From: Acidimicrobiales bacterium | GTDB taxonomy: Bacteria > Actinomycetota > Acidimicrobiia > Acidimicrobiales > CADCSY01 | Assembly: GCA_025463335.1 (NCBI GenBank) | Contig: JAOBWJ010000185.1 | Location: forward strand, 1 to 45,579 | Direction of reading: 5' to 3' | DNA length: 45,579 nucleotides | Shown here: in pieces, positions 1 to 10,540 of the stretch | How the letters are laid out: every line of letters begins with the position of its first letter | How positions within the stretch are numbered: the stretch's first letter is position 1 | Translations under genes and position numbers: made by a program | The notes under the pieces: generated by a model | What the model was told of the DNA's origin: nothing | Seen by the model: only the letters and a program-made list of their open reading frames with translations | Database searches by the model: none

Positions 1-420
1 GCCCGGCGCCAGGCGCCGGCCCGCCGGCGCGCCGGTGGCGCCCGGGAAGATCTCGGGCACGCCCAGGGCACCCACGATCTCGGCCGACGCCCCCTCGACC
101 GACTCGATCGAATCGAGCTGGGCGGCCCGGTCGAAGCGGACGATGAAGGCCTGGGCCGCGGTGCCCGGCTCGCCGACCAGGACCCGCACCCGCACGCCGT
201 CGGCCCCGGCGTCGAGCACGGTGTGGACGGCGACGAGGCGCACCTCCTCGACCTTGCGGGCCGGCGCGCTGCCCTCCAGCGTCGTGGTGCTGGCGGCCTT
301 CACCCGGATCTCGTAGCGGTACGTCGTGCCCACCTCGGGGCGGAACGACACCGCCACGGTGTCGGGCCGGCATCCGGCCAGAAGTCCGAGGAGAAGCGCG
401 CTGGCCGCCAGTCTTCGCAC
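1..420 (-). CDS. Putative lipoprotein (3' end runs off the window)
   Basis: Own translation from GTG at 420: MRRLAASALLLGLLAGCRPDTVAVSFRPEVGTTYRYEIRV...; lipobox LAGC; open to the window edge; -10-like TACTGT 6 nt upstream. Not in the ORF track. Confidence 0.75.
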   Translation of the reverse strand, partial: MRRLAASALLLGLLAGCRPDTVAVSFRPEVGTTYRYEIRVKAASTTTLEGSAPARKVEEVRLVAVHTVLDAGADGVRVRVLVGEPGTAAQAFIVRFDRAAQLDSIESVEGASAEIVGALGVPEIFPGATGAPAGRRLAPG

Positions 421-442
421 CGCTCGACAGTACGGTCTCGGT
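421..442. promoter_or_regulatory. Overlapping bidirectional leaderless -10 elements
   Basis: TACGGT (431-436, +) lies 6 nt before GTG 443; TACTGT (432-427, -) lies 6 nt before GTG 420; no SD for either gene. Confidence 0.6.
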
Positions 443-1210
443 GTGTCCTCGGACCCGTTTGCGCCGTTCCTCGCCGCACCCGAGCGGGCGGGCGTGCTTT
501 CCGACTTCGACGGCACGTTGGCCCCGATCGTCGACGATCCGGCGGCCGCTGCCCCGCTCCCCGGCGTCGTCGACGTGCTCCATCGCCTGGCCGAGCGCTA
601 CGCCGTGGTCGGGGTGGTGTCGGGGCGGCCGCTGTCGTACCTCGTCAGCCAGCTCGGCGAGGGACTGTGGCTCTCGGGCCTCTACGGGCTCGAGACGCTC
701 GACCACGGCCGGAGCATCGAGGCTGCCGGTTCGGCCGAGTGGCGCCCGGTCGTCGACCAGGCGGTGGACCGAGCGCAGGCCGAGTTCGGCGAGGCCGTCG
801 AGCCGAAGGGCTTGTCGCTCACCGTGCACTTCCGGACCCGGCCCGAGCTCGGGCCGGCCATCCGGAGGTGGGCCGACGCCGAGGCCGTCCGCAGCGGTCT
901 GGTGGTCCGCCCGGCGAAAGCGTCGTTCGAGCTGCATCCGCCGGTGACGGCCGACAAGGGCACGGTGGTGCAGGCGGTGGCCGCCGGCCTGTCCGCGCTC
1001 TGCTTCCTCGGGGATGACGTCGGCGATCTGTCGGCGTTCGACGGGCTCGATCGCTTGGCCGAGGCCGGCGTGCACACGGTGAAGGTGGCGGTGTCGACCA
1101 CCGAGGCGCCGGCCGTGCTGCTGGAGCGGGCCGACGTGGTCGTGGACGGACCGGCCGGGGCCCTCGCCTTGCTGGAGCGCCTCGCCGGTCAGCCGGCGGC
1201 CGACACCTGA
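443..1210 (+). CDS. otsB: Trehalose-6-phosphate phosphatase (HAD family)
   Basis: DFDGTLAP motif I, VSGR, ADKG, GDDVGD motif; adjacent to otsA; start trimmed to GTG 443. Confidence 0.92.
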   Translation: MSSDPFAPFLAAPERAGVLSDFDGTLAPIVDDPAAAAPLPGVVDVLHRLAERYAVVGVVSGRPLSYLVSQLGEGLWLSGLYGLETLDHGRSIEAAGSAEWRPVVDQAVDRAQAEFGEAVEPKGLSLTVHFRTRPELGPAIRRWADAEAVRSGLVVRPAKASFELHPPVTADKGTVVQAVAAGLSALCFLGDDVGDLSAFDGLDRLAEAGVHTVKVAVSTTEAPAVLLERADVVVDGPAGALALLERLAGQPAADT

Positions 1211-2559
1211 TCGTCGAACCAGTCGACCGGCGTGCGGGCCGACACCCGTTCCCGCACTGCGTCGGCGTGGGTGCGGCGCTCGTCCGCACTCATCGACAAC
1301 GCCCGGTGGAGGACGTCGGCGGTGCCGGCCACGTCGAACGGGTGGATGCCGAGGGCCACCTCCCCGAGCTCGGCCCACACGCCGGACTCGCGGCTCAGGG
1401 CCAGTACGCCGTCGCGCTGGTTGACGATCATGCCCTCCTTCGCCACCAGGTTCAGGCCGTCGCGCACCGGGTTCACCAGGAGCACGTCGAAGCGCTGGAG
1501 GGCGGCGACGGAGCGGGGGAAGTCGTCCTTCGGGTCGTAGAGGATCGGCGTCCACGTCGGCGTGGCCCACTCGGCGTTGATGCGCTCGATCACGCCTTCC
1601 ACCTCCTGGCGGTAGGCCTGGTACTCGGCCAGGCCCTCGCGTGAGGGGTAGACGAAGGCGCCGAAGACCACCCGCTCGCGCCACTCCGGGTAGGTGCGGA
1701 GGAGGTCCTCGAAGGCGAGGAAGCCGCGGACGATGTTCTTGGAGAGCTCGATGCGGTCGACCCGCACGATGAGGCGGCAGTCGCCCACCGCTTCGTCGAG
1801 CTCGGCACCGGCCGCCGCGCATTGGTCGCCGGCCGCGACCCCGCTGATGTCGCCGGCGTCGGCCGCCGCCGGGGTGACGAACGTCGCCGGTGTCCGGCCG
1901 AGCACCTCGGCGCAGCACGCCTCGAACGCGGCCGCCCAACGGGCGTTGTGGAACCCGCAGGCGCGGAAGGCGGCAAGGCCCCGGAGGAGCTCTTCGCCGG
2001 CGTCGTCGGGCAGCACCCGGAAGGCGTCGGCCGAGGCGAAGGGCGTGTGGTGGAAATGCACGGCGGCCAGGTCGGGCCGGGCCTCGGCCAGCGGCTCGCC
2101 CATCAGGGCCAGGTGATAGTCCTGCACGAGGACGACGGCTCCCTCGGGCGCACGCTCGGCCACGTGGGCCGCGAACGCCTGGTTCACCCGCCTGTAGGCG
2201 GCCCACGCGTCCCGCCAGACCCGGTCGAACCGCGGCCGCCGGGGCGTGTCCCACAGGCCGTGGTGCAGGAACCAGAGGGTCCCGTTCGAGATCACGTCGT
2301 AGTAGGCACGGTGGTCGTCGTCGTCGAGGGCGAGTAAATCGACGTTGAAGCCCTCGGCCTCGACCGCCCCCTTGGCCGCCGCCATGCGGTCCGCCTCCGA
2401 GAGCGCGCCGGCGACCCACAGGGTGCCGGTGCCTTCGACGGCGGCGCCCAATGCCGTCACCAGCCCGCCACCCGCCCGCTTGGTCCGCAGCGCGCCGTCA
2501 GCGACGGTGAACGAGAGCGGACCGCGGTTGGAAACGACGACGACAGGGCGGTCGGGCAC
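1189..2559 (-). CDS. otsA: Trehalose-6-phosphate synthase (GT20)
   Basis: VSNRGP, GGGLV, YY..SN..LW..HH, QDYHL, HTPF, RVDRIELSKN, PSR, DGLNLVAKE motifs. Confidence 0.93.
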   Translation of the reverse strand: MPDRPVVVVSNRGPLSFTVADGALRTKRAGGGLVTALGAAVEGTGTLWVAGALSEADRMAAAKGAVEAEGFNVDLLALDDDDHRAYYDVISNGTLWFLHHGLWDTPRRPRFDRVWRDAWAAYRRVNQAFAAHVAERAPEGAVVLVQDYHLALMGEPLAEARPDLAAVHFHHTPFASADAFRVLPDDAGEELLRGLAAFRACGFHNARWAAAFEACCAEVLGRTPATFVTPAAADAGDISGVAAGDQCAAAGAELDEAVGDCRLIVRVDRIELSKNIVRGFLAFEDLLRTYPEWRERVVFGAFVYPSREGLAEYQAYRQEVEGVIERINAEWATPTWTPILYDPKDDFPRSVAALQRFDVLLVNPVRDGLNLVAKEGMIVNQRDGVLALSRESGVWAELGEVALGIHPFDVAGTADVLHRALSMSADERRTHADAVRERVSARTPVDWFDDQVSAAG

Positions 2560-2656
2560 GTGGGCGACGGTACCCGGGCGTCAGGAGCGCCTGCGACTAG
2601 CCCGAGTCGAGCGGAGCCTGCGGAGCGAGACCATCGAACGGGGCACCATGGTGGTC

Positions 2657-3646
2657 GTGAGAGTCGTCGCCGTTCCCGACAAACTGCGCGGCTCGGCGAC
2701 CGCGGCCGCGGCGGCGGCCGCCATCGGCCGAGCGGCGCGTGCCGCCGGGTGGGACTGCGAGGAGATCCCCGTCGCCGACGGGGGCGAGGGGACGCTCGAC
2801 GTCCTCGGCGGCGCCAACCGCACGACGATCGTGTCGGGCCCGCTCGGCGACGACGTCGAGGCTGCGTGGCGCTACGGTCGGACCGCCGTCATCGAGATGG
2901 CCCGTGCGTCCGGCCTCGCCCTGCTCGAAGATCCGGAGGTCAACGACCCGGTGGCGGCGTCCACTGCCGGGACCGGCGAGCTGATCGCAGCGGCGGTCGA
3001 CGCCGGGTGCAAGCGCATCATCGTGGGCGTCGGCGGCTCGGCCACGACCGACGGCGGCCTGGGCGCCCTCCGCGCCCTCGAACCGCTGTCCCGCCTCCGC
3101 GGCATCGAGCTGGTCGTGGCCTGCGACGTGCGCACCACGTTCGTCGACGCCGCCCGCGTGTTCGCGCCGCAGAAGGGGGCCACCCCGGCGCAGGTCGAGC
3201 TGCTCCACCGGCGGCTGGAGCGGTTGGCTCAGGTGTACGAGGAGTCCTACGGCGTCGACGTCCGGGACGTGCCAGGCTCGGGCGCGGCGGGTGGACTGGC
3301 CGGCGGGCTCCTGTGCGCCGGCGCTCGCCTGGTCCCGGGCTTCGATGCGATCGCCGACGAGCTCGACCTGGACGAGCAGCTCGAGGGCGCCGATCTGGTG
3401 GTGACCGCGGAAGGCTTCCTCGACGCCCAATCGTTCGAGGGCAAGGTGGTGGGTGGGGTGACCGAGCTGGCTGTGGCCAACGGCATCCCGGCGTTCGCCG
3501 TGGTGGGCCAGGTCCTCGACGGCGTGGCGGTGCCGCACGGGCTCGAGGTCGTGTCACTGGTCGCCGAGTTCGGGGAGGCCCGCGCCTTCGCGGAGACGGT
3601 GGCGTGCATCGAGGAGGTCATCGGTGCCCGACTCGGTCGGCCCTAA
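2657..3646 (+). CDS. glxK: Glycerate kinase (GlxK/GarK family)
   Basis: PDKLRGS, ADGGEGT, GVGGSATTDGG, FAPQKGA, GAAGGLAGG, EGFLDAQSFEGK; start 2657 (CACCAT -10, 7 nt upstream) or 2648. Confidence 0.9.
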   Translation: MRVVAVPDKLRGSATAAAAAAAIGRAARAAGWDCEEIPVADGGEGTLDVLGGANRTTIVSGPLGDDVEAAWRYGRTAVIEMARASGLALLEDPEVNDPVAASTAGTGELIAAAVDAGCKRIIVGVGGSATTDGGLGALRALEPLSRLRGIELVVACDVRTTFVDAARVFAPQKGATPAQVELLHRRLERLAQVYEESYGVDVRDVPGSGAAGGLAGGLLCAGARLVPGFDAIADELDLDEQLEGADLVVTAEGFLDAQSFEGKVVGGVTELAVANGIPAFAVVGQVLDGVAVPHGLEVVSLVAEFGEARAFAETVACIEEVIGARLGRP

Positions 3647-3656
3647 CGTCCCCGGG

Positions 3657-4790
3657 GTGAGCGAGCGGATAGGACGCGCCGGGCAGGTCTCCTGGGCTCT
3701 CTTGGGCTTGACGGCCCTGATCGCCGTGCTCGGTGTGGTGGGTTGGCAGATCCGCGTGATCTGGCCACCGCTGATCCTCGCCGGCGCCATCGTGTTCGTG
3801 CTCCACCCGATCGTGACCCGCCTGCAGCACCGGGGCGTCCCTCGGGTGCTGGGCACGGCGATGACCTACCTCGGCATCGCCCTCCTCTTGGTGCTTCTCG
3901 GGTTGCTGATCACCCCGCTCGTGAGCCATCAGAGCGACCAACTCTCCGAGGAGTGGCCCCAGATCCGTCGGGACGTGGAGCGCTCGATCGACGACTGGGC
4001 CGAGCGGTCGAAGAACTGGGCCATCCAGATCCCGACGGTCAAGGAGATCGAGCGCGAGCTCGACGCCCGGGGCGAGAAGTCGATCGGTGAGCGCATCACT
4101 CAGGTGCGGGAAGTCGGGAGTCGGGTCTTCCATGTGGCCCTGATCTTCTTCCTGGCCCCCGTGCTGGCGTTCTACCTGCTGGTCGACCTGCCCCGGTTGC
4201 GGGTGGCGACCGAATCGCTGTTGCCGCCAGCGTCGAAGGACGAGGTCATTCACGTCGGTCGGCGGCTCAGTCGCGCCATCGGTGGCTTCTTCCGCGGTCA
4301 GCTGCTCGTGGCCCTGATCGTCGGCATCATCGTGTCGACCGGGCTGGCCATCCTGGGGCTGCCGTTCTGGCTGCTGGTGGGCATGGTCGCCGGGGTGTTC
4401 AACATCATCCCGTTGATCGGCCCGTGGGTCGGTGCCGTGCCCGGGGTGATCATCGCCCTGACGACGAGGGACGTGGCCGCTGCCCTCTGGGTGGCGGGGA
4501 TCATGGCGGGGGCCCAGCAGATCGACAACCACTTCATCAGCCCGCTGGTGATGCAGCGGGCAGTCAAGCTCCACCCGGCGGCGGTGCTCCTGGCGCTCCT
4601 GGCCGGAGGCACGCTCGGCGGCTTCTTCGGCCTCTTGCTTGCCGTGCCGACCGCCGCCGTGGTGAAGATCCTGGCCGGTCACCTGTGGCGCACCTACGTG
4701 CTCGGCGAGCCCTACGACCAGGCCGTCGCCGAGGAGGAGTCGGACGAAGGGCCGGAGCCGGGGCTGGTGCGCGACGTCACCCAGCCCTAG
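3657..4790 (+). CDS. AI-2E (PerM/UPF0118) family transporter
   Basis: Multiple TM helices; FFRGQLLVA, FNIIPLIGP, QQIDNHFISPLVM..VKLHP, GGFFGLLLAVP signature. Confidence 0.9.
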   Translation: MSERIGRAGQVSWALLGLTALIAVLGVVGWQIRVIWPPLILAGAIVFVLHPIVTRLQHRGVPRVLGTAMTYLGIALLLVLLGLLITPLVSHQSDQLSEEWPQIRRDVERSIDDWAERSKNWAIQIPTVKEIERELDARGEKSIGERITQVREVGSRVFHVALIFFLAPVLAFYLLVDLPRLRVATESLLPPASKDEVIHVGRRLSRAIGGFFRGQLLVALIVGIIVSTGLAILGLPFWLLVGMVAGVFNIIPLIGPWVGAVPGVIIALTTRDVAAALWVAGIMAGAQQIDNHFISPLVMQRAVKLHPAAVLLALLAGGTLGGFFGLLLAVPTAAVVKILAGHLWRTYVLGEPYDQAVAEEESDEGPEPGLVRDVTQP

Positions 4791-4792
4791 AG

Positions 4793-4810
4793 TTCAACTG
4801 ACAGGTTGAA
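4793..4810. promoter_or_regulatory. ArsR-type operator palindrome TTCAAC-N6-GTTGAA
   Basis: Perfect 6-6-6 inverted repeat immediately upstream of an ArsR-family gene. Confidence 0.7.
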
Positions 4811-4821
4811 CAACTGAAGGG

Positions 4822-5184
4822 GTGAGCATCGTGGCTACCGATCAGCTCAGCAGGACGTTCGCCGCGCTGGCCGACCCCACGCGGCGCGAGATCCTCCAAC
4901 GGCTCGCCGGGGGTGAGGCGACGGTCAACGAGCTGGCCGAGCCCTTCACGGTGAGCCTCCAGGCCATCTCGAAGCACCTGAAGGTGCTGGAAGCGGCCGG
5001 GTTGATCACCCGTGGGCGCTCGGCCCAGCAGCGGCCGGCCATGCTCCGCGGCCGACCGCTCGAGGACGTCGCCCAATGGCTCGAGCGCTACCGGGAGTTC
5101 TGGGAGGGCAGCTTCGACGGCCTCGACGAACACCTGCGGGCCATCCAGCAGGCGGGCACCGAGGGCGCAGACCCCGACGCCTGA
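4822..5184 (+). CDS. ArsR/SmtB family transcriptional regulator
   Basis: FAALADPTRREIL, ELAEPF..SLQAISKHLKVLEAAGLI, WL..YR.FW...FD.L; start may be GTG 4831. Confidence 0.9.
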   Translation: MSIVATDQLSRTFAALADPTRREILQRLAGGEATVNELAEPFTVSLQAISKHLKVLEAAGLITRGRSAQQRPAMLRGRPLEDVAQWLERYREFWEGSFDGLDEHLRAIQQAGTEGADPDA

Positions 5185-5232
5185 GAGCCCGGGCTGGGCA
5201 GGTTGCGGATCGCCGTGGACGGTGGTTTGCTG

Positions 5233-5259
5233 TTAGCACTCGAACATCGAGAGTGCTAA
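5233..5259. promoter_or_regulatory. CIRCE element (HrcA operator)
   Basis: Exact TTAGCACTC-N9-GAGTGCTAA, 15 nt upstream of the groEL start. Confidence 0.97.
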
Positions 5260-6903
<1,644 letters not shown>

Positions 6904-6926
6904 GGGTCGACCCGTTTGGCACTTCC

Positions 6927-6957
6927 AAAGGACCCGGGCATCGAGCCCGGGTCCTTT
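6927..6957. terminator. Intrinsic terminator, probably bidirectional
   Basis: AAAGGACCCGGGC-ATCGA-GCCCGGGTCCTTT, a perfect 13-bp stem between the convergent groEL and SpoIID genes. Confidence 0.85.
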
Positions 6958-6973
6958 CGCGTCTGGCGACCGG

Positions 6974-8482
6974 TTACGGCTCTCGGTCTTTGCGGAGGGT
7001 CGCGAAGCCGTAGGCGCCGGCCGCCAGGACGAGCGTGAGCAGGGAGGGGAGGGCCCACCCTGGTGCGCCTTCGTCGTCGTGGCGGACGGGTCGATCCTCG
7101 ACGGTCGCCTGCTCGGTCTTGGGGCCGGTCGCTGAGGTGGCCCGGGTGACTTGGTCGGGCAGGTCCTGGATCTGGATCGTTGGTGGTGGGGGTGGCGGGG
7201 CGGCGCCGAGTTCGGTGCGCACCTTCCACTTGGTGGAGCGGAGGCCGAGGGCTCGCGCCAGGTCGGTGGCGGCCACGGTCTTGGGGCCGGTGGTGCCCTC
7301 GAGCGCCACGGATATGGGGCGGCCCGATGGGCCGGTCTGGGCCACCCGGACGGTGGTGAGGTTGCCGCCGTAGTGCACGCGTTCGGCGAGGTCGGCGAGG
7401 GCGATGCGGACCTGCCACGGGTCGGGCGACTTGGTCTCGTAGGCCGAGGCTCGGAGGTAGGGATAGGTGCTGTCGGGGGTGCCGAACCCTTCGCTCGGGC
7501 TCGCCGACACGCCGCCGCCGTTGGCCGAGTAGACCGCCGCCGCGAACCCGCCGCCGAAGGTCAGCACCTTGCCGGCCGTAGCGGCCACGGCCCGGTCCAT
7601 GGCGGCGTACTCCGCCTGCTGACCCAGGTAGACCTGGCACCTCTGGGTGTCGCACAGCTCGCCACTGGCCTTCATGGCCCGGAGGGCGTAGGTGCGGGCA
7701 GCCACGGCTTGCGCCTGGAGCGACGCGTCAGGCCACGACGGGTTGCGGACCTCGCCCATGCCGCGCAGGTACTGCTCGACGTCGACCTGGTTCACCAGGC
7801 GCAGCGCCCCGCCGCCGGCCGCCGCCTCGACCGCACCTCGGTAACGGGCACCGCGGTCGGGCACGCCGACGGTGCCGCCGCCGGCCGGCACGGCCCACAC
7901 GGTGCTGGCCGTGGTCCGCTCGGGGGTTGTGGTGGTGGTTGTCGGGGCCATGGTCGACGGGGTGGAGGGCGGCGGAGCGGGCCGGCGCGGCGACGGGGGC
8001 CGCAGCAGCGTGGTCGTCGTCGGGGTCCCGGGCAGCGGCAGGAGTTGGGCCCGTGCGGCCGACTGGGCCCGCACGGCCCCCACCGACACCACGTGGTAGC
8101 TGCTGTCGTGGCGGATGCGGATGGCACCGCCGGGTGCCACCGCGATGGGGAAGCCGGTCGCCTGGGGACCGGTGCGAGGACTGCGCACCTCGCCGCCGTT
8201 CGGGAACGTCACGGTCGTGTCGGCGTCCTCGTCGGTGAGCACGACGACCCGCACGTCACCGCCCGCCCGGCCGATCGACACCCCCGGGTAGAAGTGGCCG
8301 ATGATGTCGCCGAGCGAGGCGCCGGACCGGCCCATCCAGTAGGCGCCGTCCTGGGCCATGCCCACACCGTGGCCGAAGCCCTGGCCGTCGACCACGAGCA
8401 CCGCGACGGCGGCGGACGAGGGCGCTGCCCCGACCAGCAACACGGCTGCGACCGCGAGCGGCAGCAGCGCTTTCGAGCGCAT
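6974..8482 (-). CDS. SpoIID/LytB domain protein (peptidoglycan lytic transglycosylase-like), secreted with a C-terminal TM anchor
   Basis: Signal peptide MRSKALLPLAV; GQGFGHGVGMAQDGA, YRG, VEQYLRGMGEV, LQAQAVAARTYA, CDTQRCQVY, YPYL; Pro/Thr linkers. True start 8482, not 9646. Confidence 0.88.
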   Translation of the reverse strand: MRSKALLPLAVAAVLLVGAAPSSAAVAVLVVDGQGFGHGVGMAQDGAYWMGRSGASLGDIIGHFYPGVSIGRAGGDVRVVVLTDEDADTTVTFPNGGEVRSPRTGPQATGFPIAVAPGGAIRIRHDSSYHVVSVGAVRAQSAARAQLLPLPGTPTTTTLLRPPSPRRPAPPPSTPSTMAPTTTTTTPERTTASTVWAVPAGGGTVGVPDRGARYRGAVEAAAGGGALRLVNQVDVEQYLRGMGEVRNPSWPDASLQAQAVAARTYALRAMKASGELCDTQRCQVYLGQQAEYAAMDRAVAATAGKVLTFGGGFAAAVYSANGGGVSASPSEGFGTPDSTYPYLRASAYETKSPDPWQVRIALADLAERVHYGGNLTTVRVAQTGPSGRPISVALEGTTGPKTVAATDLARALGLRSTKWKVRTELGAAPPPPPPTIQIQDLPDQVTRATSATGPKTEQATVEDRPVRHDDEGAPGWALPSLLTLVLAAGAYGFATLRKDREP

Positions 8483-8539
8483 CAACGTCAATGACCCCCA
8501 ACCGTGAGGTTCGAACGGGGCGACCTCTACCCTGAAGTG

Positions 8540-9226
8540 ATGTCTGACGTGCTCGCGCCCTCCGAGGGCTGGGGTGTCCTCCACCTGTTCTGCAAGGTCC
8601 GGCCGGGGGTGGACCCCGAAGCGGTGACCAGCGCGGTGAAGGCAGCAACCGGCGGCGACCACCAGGTCGTGCCGGTGGCCGTGCTCGGTCACAAGGCCGA
8701 CCTCGGCTTCCTGGCCGTCGGTCCCGACCTGTGGCGGCTCCGGGCCCTGCAGACCGACCTGCAGTTGGCCGGCCTCGAGGTGGTCGCCTCCTACGTGTCG
8801 CTCACCGAGCTGTCGGAGTACTCCGCCAACGTCCCCGACGCCCAGAAGCAGGCCCGGCTCTACCCGGTGCTGCCGCCCGAGGGGAAGACGGCGTTCTGCT
8901 TCTATCCCATGTCGAAGCGGCGCAACGTCGACCAGAACTGGTTCGCCCTGCCGTTCGAGGAGCGGCTCGAGCTCATGTACGAGCACGGCAAGTCGGGCCG
9001 TACGTTCGCCGGCCGCATCGTTCAGCTCGTCACGGGCTCCACCGGCCTCGACGACTTCGAGTGGGGCGTCACCCTCTTCGGCGTCCACCCCGACGACCTC
9101 AAGGCCTGCGTCTACACCATGCGGTACGACCAGGCCTCGACCCACTACGCCGAGTTCGGGCCCTTCTACACCGGGCTGCTGGCCGACCTCCCCGACGTGC
9201 TCCGCCGGGTCGGCATCGGCTCCTAA
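8540..9226 (+). CDS. hemQ: Coproheme decarboxylase / chlorite dismutase family heme protein
   Basis: EGWGVLHLF, GHKADL, YVSLTELSEY, FYPMSKRR, EHG..GR, GLDDFEWGVTLF, MRYD..S..YAEFGPFYTG. Confidence 0.88.
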   Translation: MSDVLAPSEGWGVLHLFCKVRPGVDPEAVTSAVKAATGGDHQVVPVAVLGHKADLGFLAVGPDLWRLRALQTDLQLAGLEVVASYVSLTELSEYSANVPDAQKQARLYPVLPPEGKTAFCFYPMSKRRNVDQNWFALPFEERLELMYEHGKSGRTFAGRIVQLVTGSTGLDDFEWGVTLFGVHPDDLKACVYTMRYDQASTHYAEFGPFYTGLLADLPDVLRRVGIGS

Positions 9227-9714
9227 CCCAGCGCCTGAGCCAGCTTCCGGCGATCGTCGGAGTTGGCCTTCCGGGCCGCGTCGGCGGCGTGCAGGACGGC
9301 GGCGTAGGTGATCCGGGCTGGTGCCGCGTCGGTGACGGCCGGGTCGATCTGGCGCAACCGGTCGAGGAACGTCGGATCGGGACCAGCCGCCGCCGTCTCC
9401 GGGCTCGCGCCGCCGGGATGGAGCCCGTCGACGGTGACCACGACGTCGGCCCGTTGGCGGTCGACGACGACGACCGGGTGGCCGAGCACGCCACCGGCCC
9501 GGTTCAGCTCGGCCACGGCCAGGTCGACACCGGCGAGGGCGGCCCGGTCGCCGGCGGGCATGTCGGCGGCGATCCCGAGGCGGCCGTCGGTGGCCCGGAG
9601 GGGCGGCACCGTGGTCGGCGTGGTCCGCGCCTCGCCGGTGCTGCACCCGGCGAGCACGACCAGCAACAGGAGCGCGAGCGTGGTCCGCAGGAGGCCCAGC
9701 GTAGGGCGGTGCAC
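9223..9714 (-). CDS. Small lipoprotein resembling a truncated LivJ-type ABC substrate-binding protein
   Basis: Lipobox LAGC; GVDLAVAELNRAGGVLG and YAAV...A.AARKANSDD resemble the two ends of Leu/Ile/Val-binding proteins; only ~160 aa; start uncertain. Confidence 0.6.
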   Translation of the reverse strand: MHRPTLGLLRTTLALLLLVVLAGCSTGEARTTPTTVPPLRATDGRLGIAADMPAGDRAALAGVDLAVAELNRAGGVLGHPVVVVDRQRADVVVTVDGLHPGGASPETAAAGPDPTFLDRLRQIDPAVTDAAPARITYAAVLHAADAARKANSDDRRKLAQALG

Positions 9715-9723
9715 ACTGGTGGG

Positions 9724-10515
9724 GTGGGTGACCTCGCCGTGCTCCGATCCCGTCTGCGGGAGCTCGACCGCGTGGTGGTGGCGTTCAGCGGCGGAGCCGA
9801 CTCGGCCTTCCTCGCCTGGGTGGCCCACGACGAGCTCGGCCCCGGCCGGGCGGCGGCGGTGACCGCCGTGTCCCCGTCGCTTGCCCCCGAGGCGGAGGGC
9901 GAGTGCCGGGCCCTCGCCGAGGAATGGGGCCTGCGCTGGCTTCCCGTGCTCACCGACGAGCTGGCCAACCCGGCCTACGGCATCAACGACGGCGAGCGCT
10001 GCTACTACTGCAAGGCCGAGCTGATGGACGTGGTCGGTCCCGTCGCCGCCGAGGCGGGGGCCACGGTCGTGCTGGGCGTGAACCTCGACGACCTGGGCGA
10101 CCACCGCCCCGGGCAGCGGGCCGCCGCCGAGCGGGGCGCCGCCTTCCCGTTGGTCGAGGCCGGCTTCACCAAGGACGACGTGCGGGCCGCCTCCAAGTTG
10201 CTCGGCCTGCGCACGTGGGACAAGCCGGCCGCCGCCTGCCTGGCCTCACGGGTGCCTTACGGCACCCCGGTCACGCTGTCCGTGTTGCGCGAGGTGGCCG
10301 CCGCCGAGTCCGGGCTGCGGGCCCTGGGGTTCCGGCAGCTCCGCGTGCGCCACTACGGCGACCTGGCCAGCCTCGAGGTGCCGGTCGACGAGCTGGCCGA
10401 CGTGGTGGCCCAGCGGACGGCCGTGGTCGACGCGGTCCGGGCCGCCGGTTACCGCTACGTGACCCTCGACCTCGAGGGATTTCGTTCCGGCAACCTCAAC
10501 GCCGCCTTGCCGTGA
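9724..10515 (+). CDS. larE: ATP-dependent sulfur transferase LarE (PP-loop)
   Basis: VAFSGGADS, ERCYYCKAEL, DDLGDHRPG, WDKPAAACLASRVPYG, RVRH, VTLDLEGFRSG. Confidence 0.92.
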   Translation: MGDLAVLRSRLRELDRVVVAFSGGADSAFLAWVAHDELGPGRAAAVTAVSPSLAPEAEGECRALAEEWGLRWLPVLTDELANPAYGINDGERCYYCKAELMDVVGPVAAEAGATVVLGVNLDDLGDHRPGQRAAAERGAAFPLVEAGFTKDDVRAASKLLGLRTWDKPAAACLASRVPYGTPVTLSVLREVAAAESGLRALGFRQLRVRHYGDLASLEVPVDELADVVAQRTAVVDAVRAAGYRYVTLDLEGFRSGNLNAALP

Positions 10516-10540
10516 GCGAAGCCTTGCCGTGAGCGAAGCC
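10504..10540 (+). repeat. Exact 17-bp tandem duplication at the larE/downstream gene junction
   Basis: GCCTTGCCGTGAGCGAA twice (10504-10520, 10521-10537) plus GCC. Confidence 0.9.

Noticed and set aside
443-3646. Glucosylglycerate/glucosylglycerol pathway (GT20 next to glycerate kinase)
   Set aside because: The GT20 keeps the OtsA glucose-6-phosphate-binding pattern (SNR, YY, LW, PSR) and is paired with a typical OtsB; trehalose synthesis is the simpler reading.
8483-9646. 890-aa ORF as an N-terminally extended SpoIID
   Set aside because: The extension is antisense to hemQ and low-complexity; the signal peptide starts at 8482.
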